A stretch of 64,000 nt of DNA. It comes from Desulfatiglandales bacterium. Its GTDB lineage: Bacteria; Desulfobacterota; DSM-4660; Desulfatiglandales; HGW-15. Each line of letters begins with the position of its first letter. Position 1 is the first letter of the stretch. This document shows, in pieces, positions 1 to 7,947 of this stretch. Under the pieces are notes generated by a model that was not told the origin of the DNA, ran no database searches, and was given only the letters and a program-made list of their open reading frames with translations. The stretch spans positions 1,664,001 to 1,728,000 of the forward strand of contig CAXXJJ010000004.1 in NCBI GenBank assembly GCA_963667015.2. Direction: 5' to 3'. Position numbers and translations under genes: made by a program.

Positions 1-7
1 AGGGAGA

Positions 8-76
8 GGAGTATGCATTCAGCCATGCCCCTACGATTAATGCTTGTCCGGGGAAGGTCGCAAGGCCCTCCCCTAC
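8..76. repeat. Two degenerate GTAG-type REP-like palindromes
   Basis: Both end in CCCCTAC (GTAGGGG on the minus strand): ...GCCATGCCCCTAC (8-34) and hairpin GGGGAAGGTC-GCAA-GGCCCTCCCC-TAC (50-76). Same end as the element at 7859-7882. Confidence 0.5.
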
Positions 77-1623
77 ATATAATTTATACAATTCTTATTA
101 TTTTTCTGCTCTGGGCAAACAGCGTCTCTGCATCAGTAAGCTTTGTATCCTCCGAGATTGATACGGGCGAAAACCGGCAGGGTTACTGGGCGGAAGACAT
201 GAACGGCGATGACTTAAAGGATATTCTCATAGCCACCTGGTCCGAATCAAACGGGCGTGAGCTTTTAATATACACCCAGGAGGCGAGTGGTAAATTCACA
301 GGCGCACCATGGCGCAGAATCGAGATTAAAAAGGATATTGTTGCCTTTGCCCTGGCTGACCTGCGCCCTGCCCCTGGAAACGAACTGCTGTTCTTTACCG
401 GATCTGCCTGTTACAGCCTGTCATGCGCCAAAGAGGGATATGCCAACAATCTTAAGAAGCTTTTCGAGTGGGAACTGATAAAGAGTGTACCTGACAAAAA
501 GAAGATAAGCTTCATGGGTATACTTAATGATCTGAATAATGACAGCTTTGTTGACATTATACTGCCTGGCCAGGAACAGTATGCCCTGTTTAAGGGCCAG
601 CCCAATGAGACATTTGCTGAACCGGCAATCCTGCCGGCAGCAGATATTATAAATAACAGGAACAGCAGGACACAGGGGAGTTTTTCCATTACCCCTGCCG
701 GGGTAACCGCCGGGAGTCCTGATGTATATTCGGGTCTCGTGGATAAGAGACTTGATACAGGGCCTGTTAACAGGAATTTACTCCCTCCTATACTTAAATA
801 TGAAAGCTGGATACCGGGTGTGTCAACAGGGTTGTTCAACGCAGATGAACTTGAAGATTTTGTGTACCTGGATGATGTGGAATCTGAAAAGAAAAATATA
901 AAAAGATTAAACCTGGTTTATCAGCCAGAGACAGGTGAATTGCCATCAAGTCCTGACTGGCAGGGAAATATTGCAGTTAATGATGATATCAAGATAATGG
1001 ATGTTAATGGTGATAAGTTGACAGACCTGGTTACCGCTAAAATGAAGGGGCTGAATACGACTCTATATATTTTTCTTAATCGGGGCGGCAAATTCCGTTT
1101 TGATACACCGGATCACGTAATGAAGCTGACAGGTATAATTTCGGATTTTCAGGCCATTGACTTTAATCGCGATGGACTCCCTGAACTGGTCATAAATACA
1201 TACTCTGCCTCCCCTGTAAAAGCCGTAACCAGTGGAAGCGTTGAACGCAGGCTCTTGATCTTTGCAGGCCTGAAACCCGCTGAAGATGCCTCCCTGTTTG
1301 ACAGGAAACCCGCATTTACATTAGAGGAAAATATTAGCGCTGCCAACTTTAAAAGCCTCACCGGTGAAAGATCTTTTTCAGGTGACATAGATGGTGACGG
1401 GGTCAACGATGTTGTTTCTATTGATAACAACGGGGCACTGGTAGTCAACAGGATCACCAGTGATTTTAAACTCGAAGCAGAGCCTGTTTTAAGTTTTACA
1501 CCGATTCATTATATTTCCGGCACCAGGCTGATAAGTCTCAACCAGGATAATCGAACGGATATAATTATTGAACAGGAACACGGATTATCCCTGATAATAT
1601 CTCAGGAGGGAGCACAGCAATGA
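13..1623 (+). CDS. Secreted FG-GAP/VCBS-repeat protein
   Basis: Many DxNxDGxxD Ca-binding loops (DMNGDDLKD, DVNGDKLTD, DFNRDGLPE, DIDGDGVND) and a signal-like segment ending VSA. The frame is open to the window edge, so the start is uncertain. Confidence 0.8.
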   Translation: MHSAMPLRLMLVRGRSQGPPLHIIYTILIIFLLWANSVSASVSFVSSEIDTGENRQGYWAEDMNGDDLKDILIATWSESNGRELLIYTQEASGKFTGAPWRRIEIKKDIVAFALADLRPAPGNELLFFTGSACYSLSCAKEGYANNLKKLFEWELIKSVPDKKKISFMGILNDLNNDSFVDIILPGQEQYALFKGQPNETFAEPAILPAADIINNRNSRTQGSFSITPAGVTAGSPDVYSGLVDKRLDTGPVNRNLLPPILKYESWIPGVSTGLFNADELEDFVYLDDVESEKKNIKRLNLVYQPETGELPSSPDWQGNIAVNDDIKIMDVNGDKLTDLVTAKMKGLNTTLYIFLNRGGKFRFDTPDHVMKLTGIISDFQAIDFNRDGLPELVINTYSASPVKAVTSGSVERRLLIFAGLKPAEDASLFDRKPAFTLEENISAANFKSLTGERSFSGDIDGDGVNDVVSIDNNGALVVNRITSDFKLEAEPVLSFTPIHYISGTRLISLNQDNRTDIIIEQEHGLSLIISQEGAQQ

Positions 1624-3449
1624 GATCCATTCCCATATATAAACTTAAAATTTTAAACAGGACCTTGCTTTGTTTATTTGCCCTGTTTTTTTCCGGAATC
1701 CATACAGTTAATGCTGAAACAGAAAAAGCAAATTTTGATTATGATGCCCTGCCCTTTACCCTGTCCAATATAAAGGAGCATATTATTCCAATCGATATGG
1801 ATGGAGACGGCCTGAAGGACCTGCTGTGTTCAAATGATTCCAGTATCAATATCTACTTTCAGCAGAAGGATGCTATTGGCACGGATGCCTTCAGCTTTAT
1901 CAAACCTGACATTTCAATTGATCTCCCGGGTGATGCAGTGGGCTGGGACGTGGATTACCCCCCAGCAGAACAGTCGGATAACACCAGTGGTAAACGTCTG
2001 CTTGCTATAGTAGATGGAAAATCTGTAATGGCCTGGTCTGTTAAAAATAGGTCACTCAGCCGGCCTGCCGTATTGATCGAAGGATTGCCCGGTTTTTTAC
2101 CAAAGGGCGCCTACCCGCTGAGATTTATCAGGGATGTTAATTCCGACGGGCGGACTGATATTATCCTGCCCGGAAATGGAAAACTGCATATATATCTGCA
2201 GGAGGATAAAGGAGGATACAAAGGGAATATATTCATAAATACCAGGATGGGGATAAACTCGGTTTTAAAAACACCTGAAGACATAGCGCATAAGGTAGGG
2301 CAAAGCGTCACAATACCTGCCATGACTATACGTGATGTTAATAATGATGAACTGAATGATGTGATCTCAACGGTTGATAAAATAACAGAGGTTTTTCTTG
2401 GTAAACCGGACGGCACGTTTCCTGATGAACCCAGTTTCAGGATTGATCTGGATAAGATGACCAGCCCTCCAAAGGAATTCGATTGGGACACCTTTGATTT
2501 TTCCAATATTTTCAGCGCCATTTCCACTGGTCCGCAGCAGATCCTTCAGGATCTGGATGGAGACAGGATAGAAGACCTGCTGCTGCTCGATAACGGGAAG
2601 ATAACGGTATATAAAGGGACACCCCATGGTATTGATCTCGAAAAACCAGGACAGATATTGAAATCAAGCGGGAATGTGCTTGCCGCACTTCTGGCGGTTA
2701 CCCGGGAAAAGGATAAAAACAGGTCCCCTCAAGATGCAATTTCTGCATTCATCAGTGAAAATAAGGATGAGACCAGGCCAAAAGACCTGATCCTGATTAG
2801 GCTGCAGGATTTGTCAGTGGGTGATATCTTTACATGGCTTGTACTTTCAAAGGATATAGATATTGATTTTTTTGTATATAAAAATCAGGGAAAAGAATTT
2901 GAAAAACGTCCGGGCCGGAAAATCACCCTTACCCTGAAAATGCCTTCAGCCCTGAAAATACTCAATTATATAAATGACCTGAGAGATTCAGAACAAAATC
3001 CTGCAAACATAATGGTCATCAGCACGGATCTGAGTAAAACCAGCGCAGGAAAGGATCGACTTGTTTTTAAGGATAACACTATTCAGGGATTTCAAATGAA
3101 GGACAACATTCCTGTCGATCGACTGGATGAAACCCGGTTCAATGAGATTATAGATCTTTTTAACCGTCTGGGTTTCACTGTAAAGGAAGATCATTATATA
3201 ATGGATGTCGATAAAATGATGAAGAACCTTCCTGAATTAGGTAATTTTGAATTGCTGGAGCTTAAAGATGAGCAGCCGGAATTCACCCTGGATATAACTA
3301 AATATCTAACCAATACAATTAAGGGAAAGTCATCTGATAAGCAGAGTATATCATCGGCGGACCTTAATGGTGACAATCGGGATGATATCTTTCTGTTTAC
3401 AGATCGCGATGATAAGAGCGTGGCAGGGACACTGTTTATGTCCCGGTAG
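1620..3449 (+). CDS. Secreted FG-GAP/VCBS-repeat protein
   Basis: Signal peptide ending VNA. Repeats DMDGDGLKD, DVNSDGRTD, DLDGDRIED, DLNGDNRDD. ATGA overlap with the upstream gene; AGGAGG RBS. Confidence 0.82.
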   Translation: MRSIPIYKLKILNRTLLCLFALFFSGIHTVNAETEKANFDYDALPFTLSNIKEHIIPIDMDGDGLKDLLCSNDSSINIYFQQKDAIGTDAFSFIKPDISIDLPGDAVGWDVDYPPAEQSDNTSGKRLLAIVDGKSVMAWSVKNRSLSRPAVLIEGLPGFLPKGAYPLRFIRDVNSDGRTDIILPGNGKLHIYLQEDKGGYKGNIFINTRMGINSVLKTPEDIAHKVGQSVTIPAMTIRDVNNDELNDVISTVDKITEVFLGKPDGTFPDEPSFRIDLDKMTSPPKEFDWDTFDFSNIFSAISTGPQQILQDLDGDRIEDLLLLDNGKITVYKGTPHGIDLEKPGQILKSSGNVLAALLAVTREKDKNRSPQDAISAFISENKDETRPKDLILIRLQDLSVGDIFTWLVLSKDIDIDFFVYKNQGKEFEKRPGRKITLTLKMPSALKILNYINDLRDSEQNPANIMVISTDLSKTSAGKDRLVFKDNTIQGFQMKDNIPVDRLDETRFNEIIDLFNRLGFTVKEDHYIMDVDKMMKNLPELGNFELLELKDEQPEFTLDITKYLTNTIKGKSSDKQSISSADLNGDNRDDIFLFTDRDDKSVAGTLFMSR

Positions 3450-3451
3450 AA

Positions 3452-4201
3452 TTAAAAATACCCCAGCTCTTTTGAAAGCTGAGCTGCAGCCTCTTTCAGG
3501 GCATTACTGATAAGTTCTTCCTTTTCAGGGGAAAACCGCTGGCTCGGCACAGGAGTACCAAGGGAGCCTACAACCTGTTTCATATTATTAAAAACAGGAA
3601 CCGCAACAGATGTGATTCCCTCATAATTCTCTTCCCGTGAAAAGGCTATATTATTGTCCCGCACCCTTTCAAGTTCCTCTAAAAGTACAGCTTTATCTGT
3701 AATGGTATTTTTTGTAATTTGAAGGAGATTTACCTCTGAAAGGTATTTATCAATTTCATCCTTACTGTAAAATGCCAGGATTGCCTTTCCATGAGCAGAT
3801 GCATAGATAGGATTCTGGTCACCTATCTTCAGGTCCCATTTAAGTGGCTCATTGGTTTCTTCACGCCATACGATGGTAACCTTTTCGCCGGTAATAATGG
3901 CAAATCCGCATGACTCGTTGGTGGCGGCTATGACGTTTCTTATAAAGGGCTGACTGGCCTTGATAATATCAAAATCAGCCACATACCTTCCTGCCAGGAC
4001 CAGGATTTTATACCCGATCCTGTACCTCTTATCAAATTCACCAATTGTCAGGAAATCATTGGAGACAAGATCTGCCAATATAGGTGAAAGACTTCCCTTG
4101 GGAATTTTCAGTTTGCCCGAAATATCCTGATGTTTCAATCCATCCTTGGTATGCCCTACAAGTTCCAGGATCTGCATTACCCGTGTAGCTGACTTGACCA
4201 T
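3452..4201 (-). CDS. IclR-family transcriptional regulator
   Basis: N-terminal HTH (VKSATRVMQILE...IPKGSL) and IclR effector-domain motifs SAHGKAILA and EENYEGITSVAVPV. Confidence 0.92.
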   Translation of the reverse strand: MVKSATRVMQILELVGHTKDGLKHQDISGKLKIPKGSLSPILADLVSNDFLTIGEFDKRYRIGYKILVLAGRYVADFDIIKASQPFIRNVIAATNESCGFAIITGEKVTIVWREETNEPLKWDLKIGDQNPIYASAHGKAILAFYSKDEIDKYLSEVNLLQITKNTITDKAVLLEELERVRDNNIAFSREENYEGITSVAVPVFNNMKQVVGSLGTPVPSQRFSPEKEELISNALKEAAAQLSKELGYF

Positions 4202-4290
4202 ATGAACCCCGTGAGAATGTGTGCAAATAGAAGATTTACGGATTTTTATAATTGTTGCAACCGATTATGTCAAATCAGATTTTTTTAAAC

Positions 4291-4334
4291 TTGACATGTT
4301 CGCATACATGAACTATGTTTACATATACAAACAT
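4291..4334 (+). promoter_or_regulatory. Sigma70 promoter of the MFS gene overlapped by two tandem palindromic operators (probably IclR sites)
   Basis: TTGACA-17 nt-TATGTT (4291-4319). Palindromes ATGTTCGCATACATGAACTA (4296-4315) and ATGTTTACATATACAAACAT (4315-4334). Confidence 0.6.
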
Positions 4335-4440
4335 TGAAGCATTTTAAGCTTCCAATTTGACAATAATCAACTTGATTAAATCTAATTATACATAATTTTT
4401 ATCAGGTTATTCATAAAGGATTTAAATAAAGGATTACCAA

Positions 4441-5742
4441 ATGTTTAAAAATATTGAAATAAAGTCACTATACCGATGGCTCGTAGTATTTATAGCATTT
4501 TATGGAATGTGCCTTCACGCCGGGTGCCTTATATATGCCTCCGGATTATTTATCAAACCCCTTCAGACATATTTCGGCTGGGAACGCGGAACAATCGCAC
4601 TGGCATTTACCCTGCAGTTTATTTTCCTGGGACTGCTTTCACCATTTATCGGAAAGGCCGTTGACAGGTTTGGAGCAAGGGTCGTCTTCATAACGGGCGC
4701 CTCGATTGCATCAGTAGGTTTTCTTATAATGCCCATGATAAAGACCCCGCTTCATTTTTGCCTTATCAGCATCTTTATAGGTATGGCAGAGGCTGGAATC
4801 GGACCGGTTCCCTGCACAGGGGCAGTATCTCCCCTTTTTGATAAAAAGAGGGGCCTTGCCATAGGCGTAATGTCTACAGGGGTTGGTGTAGGCGGTTTCA
4901 TCTTTTCACTCCTGGTAGGAAGCCTGCTGATACCCGCCTATGGATGGCAGGGAGGATATTACGGCATTGCAGCGGCTCATTTATTGCTCATTCCCCTTGC
5001 CATGACTATAAAAGGCAAGAAGAGACAAGCGGCCCTGCAGCATGAAGAGAGTGATGTAATTACAGAAACAAGGACAAATGAATTGGGCAGTATGCTTCAT
5101 TCCCCATCATTATGGCTTATCGCTACTATCTTTTTTATGTTTCTCTTCAGCCTGGTCGGTACAGTCCAGATCCAGGCGCCGCACCTTCAGGATATCGGTT
5201 TCCCGGTTTTAATGGCCTCTTCAACCCTGGGATATCTCGGCCTGGTCAGCGCCGGAGCAAAACTTTTTTTCGGATGGCTGTGTGACAGGATCAAACCGAA
5301 AACAGCCTTTATTATATCGGCAGTCTGTCTCGTAAGCGGCCTGTTTATGCTTTCATCTTTCAGTCATGATTCTTCTACCATCTACCTGTGGACCTATGTG
5401 CTGATCTTCGGATTCGGCATAGGGGCATGGCTTCCGATAATGTCCATGATGGTAAGCAGAACCTTCGGAACCGAATCATACGGTCTCTATTTCGGGGCAG
5501 TAACCATGGTTGAGACCATAGGACAGGCGGTAGGCCCACTGGTAGCAGGGTTGCTGTTTGATCATACAGGCAGTTACCATTCAACCTTTACCCTTTATAT
5601 TATACTCACCGTCTGCTCAGTACCGATTGCTGTATTTATCAGGGAAAAGGCGGCCAGTGAAAAATGCTATAACCTTGAAGCTCTGGAAAACTGTAAAATT
5701 CCTTTGGTCGGTAATCATAACCGGGTACCTAGCCTGGGATAA
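4441..5742 (+). CDS. MFS transporter (monocarboxylate/OFA-like)
   Basis: About 12 hydrophobic segments; MFS motif A GKAVDRFGAR and second-half GWLCDRIKPK; FDKKRGLAIG motif. Confidence 0.9.
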   Translation: MFKNIEIKSLYRWLVVFIAFYGMCLHAGCLIYASGLFIKPLQTYFGWERGTIALAFTLQFIFLGLLSPFIGKAVDRFGARVVFITGASIASVGFLIMPMIKTPLHFCLISIFIGMAEAGIGPVPCTGAVSPLFDKKRGLAIGVMSTGVGVGGFIFSLLVGSLLIPAYGWQGGYYGIAAAHLLLIPLAMTIKGKKRQAALQHEESDVITETRTNELGSMLHSPSLWLIATIFFMFLFSLVGTVQIQAPHLQDIGFPVLMASSTLGYLGLVSAGAKLFFGWLCDRIKPKTAFIISAVCLVSGLFMLSSFSHDSSTIYLWTYVLIFGFGIGAWLPIMSMMVSRTFGTESYGLYFGAVTMVETIGQAVGPLVAGLLFDHTGSYHSTFTLYIILTVCSVPIAVFIREKAASEKCYNLEALENCKIPLVGNHNRVPSLG

Positions 5743-5819
5743 AAATGATCATTCCAGCATTGTTGACACCCTGAACATGTAAATGTATTTTAGATAAAAA
5801 ATCACGCGAAGGAAACATT

Positions 5820-6170
5820 ATGAAAACCATAAGACTTCAGGATATTAAAAAAGTGGAAATGGCAATGGAAGGAGCCGAAAAGGTATTTAAACAGGTCCCC
5901 ATATCAAAGAATGACGGGACACCATCCTTTTGCTTCAGGGTGTTTACAATTGAACCCGGTGGACATACCCCTTATCACACCCATGATTCTGAGCATTTAA
6001 ACTACATAATCAGTGGGCAGGGTGCGCTGGTGGATGAAAAGGAAGCAAAACATCCGGTAGCAGCAGGGGATTTTGCAGTGGTACTTCCCAATGAAAAACA
6101 CCAGTTCAGGAATACATCGGATAATGAACCCTTTGTGATTATCTGCGCTGTCCCTAATGAATATGAATAG
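5820..6170 (+). CDS. Cupin-domain protein
   Basis: Cupin motif 1 PGGHTPYHTHDSEH and motif 2 GDFAVVLPNEKH. Confidence 0.9.
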   Translation: MKTIRLQDIKKVEMAMEGAEKVFKQVPISKNDGTPSFCFRVFTIEPGGHTPYHTHDSEHLNYIISGQGALVDEKEAKHPVAAGDFAVVLPNEKHQFRNTSDNEPFVIICAVPNEYE

Positions 6171-6201
6171 AAAAAACATTAAATCGTTTTTTCTATTCAT
6201 A
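6162..6201 (+). terminator. 16-bp perfect inverted repeat over the cupin stop codon; probable terminator hairpin
   Basis: TATGAATAGAAAAAAC (6162-6177) / GTTTTTTCTATTCATA (6186-6201). AT-rich, with no separate U-tract. Confidence 0.5.
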
Positions 6202-6269
6202 CAGGCTGAAGGATTTTAGGCTACAGGCTGTCAGGCTAAATACCCTGAAAGTTGAAAAGGGATAAATAG

Positions 6270-6716
6270 ATGCTTTTAGTTGCCATCGGCTGTGGCCGTA
6301 TTCCAGATATTCTTGAGATTGTAAAAAAACAGTCATTTGCTGTATTCGGAACCATGGATGAAAAGCCGCTGTCTCATCTCTCTGAAAAACCAGACAGGAT
6401 CATGGATTCACAGGTATATTTTTATGAGACCGGTTGAATTGTTCCCCGCCGTGTAGTTGCAGTTGGCAAACTCAAAAAGATCTGGTCAGAAATACCGCAG
6501 GATGCTTCAGAGAAAGAATATAAAAAGGCATTTAAAGATTATTTTGGTGCATTATGGGAAGAAGTCCTGAATGCAGTTGACATGTCATTTCAGTATAATG
6601 CATATAATACCGTATATTTTTCAGTAGGTGATATTGAATCCATTGAAAATATTACACTTGATCAGATTCTTGAAGAAAATGGATTGTACCGGCCATCTAA
6701 TGTTGTTGTAGGTTAA
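6270..6716 (+). CDS. 148-aa protein with one in-frame UGA at codon 56: candidate selenoprotein, or a nonsense pseudogene
   Basis: AAGGGA RBS, ATG 6270, TGA 6435-6437, then open for 92 more codons to TAA 6714-6716. Reads MLLVAIGCGRIPDIL...QVYFYETG*IVPRRVVAVGKLKKIW...YRPSNVVVG. Fills the cupin-rho gap. Not in the ORF track. Confidence 0.65.
6434..6475 (+). promoter_or_regulatory. Candidate bacterial SECIS element
   Basis: Hand-folded: UUGA(6434-37)/UCAA(6472-75), GUU/AAC, GCCG/UGGC, UGU/GCA, apical loop AGUU (6455-58) 17 nt after the UGA with G in loop position 2. Confidence 0.45.
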
Positions 6717-6739
6717 TAAATATCATCAGGAGCATACTA

Positions 6740-7816
6740 TTGAAACCAGTAGAAGGACATCTTGAAATTTTAGAAAAAAAATTCGGGTTTTTAAGATCAA
6801 TTGAAAACAACTTCCAGCCCGGCCCTGACGATACCTTTGTTCCGGCAAATATAATCAGAGAATTTTCATTGCAGGAAGGGAACTATATTGAAGGAACCGG
6901 AGAACCGGGTGAAGGTAAAAATAAAAACCTTAAACTTGCAGGAGTGGAAAGGGTTAATAACCTGTCACCTGAAGATTTTTCTAAAATAAAATCAATCAAT
7001 AATGTCGTCAGTATCAGTCCATCAGAAAGATTCAGGCTTGCCCAGAGCCCGGAAGATACTATGGGAAAGGCCCTCGACCTGATTGTACCCATAGGAAGGG
7101 GACAGCGCGGTCTTATAATAGCGCCGCCAAAGTCAGGCAAGACCACCATCCTTAAACACATGGCCAGCTCGATAATAAAAAACCATCCTGAAGTAGAAGT
7201 ATTTATACTTCTGGTGGATGAACGGCCCGAGGAGGTTACTGATTTCAGAAGAAGCCTGAAGGATGCCTGTGTGCTGTCATCCTCTGCTGATCAGAATGTA
7301 ACCCAGCATCTGAGAATAACCAAGATGACCATCAACACTGCCATACGTCTTGCCGAGACAGGTGTTGATGCGGTTGTATTTATTGATTCCCTCACAAGGT
7401 TATCCCGGGCATTTAACTCGGACACACGCAGCCACGGAAAAACCCTTACAGGCGGTCTTGGTGCAAATGCCATGGAAATGCCCAGGAGAATATTCGGTGC
7501 CGCGCGCAACATAGATAATGGAGGCTCCCTGACTATTCTTGCATCAATACTGATCGACACCGGGAGCAGAATGGATGATATTATCTACCAGGAGTTTATA
7601 GGTACAGGTAATATGGATCTTGTATTGAGCCGCAAATGCGCCGAACAAAGACTGTGGCCTGCTATCGATATAATGCAGTCGGGAACAAGAAAGGAACACC
7701 TCCTGATGGAACCTGAAGAATATGATGAGATGGTGAAGATCAGGAGAGAAGTGTCCGGGAAGCAGGAAACAGCCGCAATGGCAGATCTGTTGAGATATTT
7801 GGATAAGAGAACCTGA
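6740..7816 (+). CDS. rho: Transcription termination factor Rho-like protein lacking the N-terminal helical bundle
   Basis: Begins at the OB fold (GHLEILEKKFGFLRS). PIGRGQRGLIIAPPKSGKTT, LLVDERPEEVTD, DSLTRLSRA, FGAARN, GTGNMD, SGTRKE. TTG start with AGGAG RBS. Confidence 0.88.
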   Translation: MKPVEGHLEILEKKFGFLRSIENNFQPGPDDTFVPANIIREFSLQEGNYIEGTGEPGEGKNKNLKLAGVERVNNLSPEDFSKIKSINNVVSISPSERFRLAQSPEDTMGKALDLIVPIGRGQRGLIIAPPKSGKTTILKHMASSIIKNHPEVEVFILLVDERPEEVTDFRRSLKDACVLSSSADQNVTQHLRITKMTINTAIRLAETGVDAVVFIDSLTRLSRAFNSDTRSHGKTLTGGLGANAMEMPRRIFGAARNIDNGGSLTILASILIDTGSRMDDIIYQEFIGTGNMDLVLSRKCAEQRLWPAIDIMQSGTRKEHLLMEPEEYDEMVKIRREVSGKQETAAMADLLRYLDKRT

Positions 7817-7858
7817 TATAATAGAGAATTTGATTTTATTTCAATTGAAATAAATAAA

Positions 7859-7882
7859 GGGCACGATGCGTCGTGCCCCTAC
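7859..7882. repeat. GTAG-type REP-like hairpin between convergent genes
   Basis: GGGCACGA-TGCG-TCGTGCCC followed by CTAC; minus strand reads GTAGGGGCACGACGCATCGTGCCC. Confidence 0.65.
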
Positions 7883-7947
7883 AATTATACAACCAGTTTT
7901 TTATCTGCGGCCTCTGTGAACTCTAGCGAAGCAGGCGAGAGAAACAC

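Noticed and set aside
6202..6240. Short AGGCT-containing repeats
   Set aside because: Four irregular copies with no spacer structure; not a CRISPR and no supportable function.
6270..6740. The UGA ORF as the missing Rho N-terminus joined by frameshift
   Set aside because: Different frame, it ends in TAA TAA, rho has its own AGGAG RBS, and the sequence does not resemble the Rho N-terminal bundle.
7905..7942. CTGCGGCCTCTGTGAACTCTAGCGAAGCAGGCGAGAG, resembling a dispersed intergenic repeat
   Set aside because: Single copy in this window; cannot be supported without a genome-wide search.
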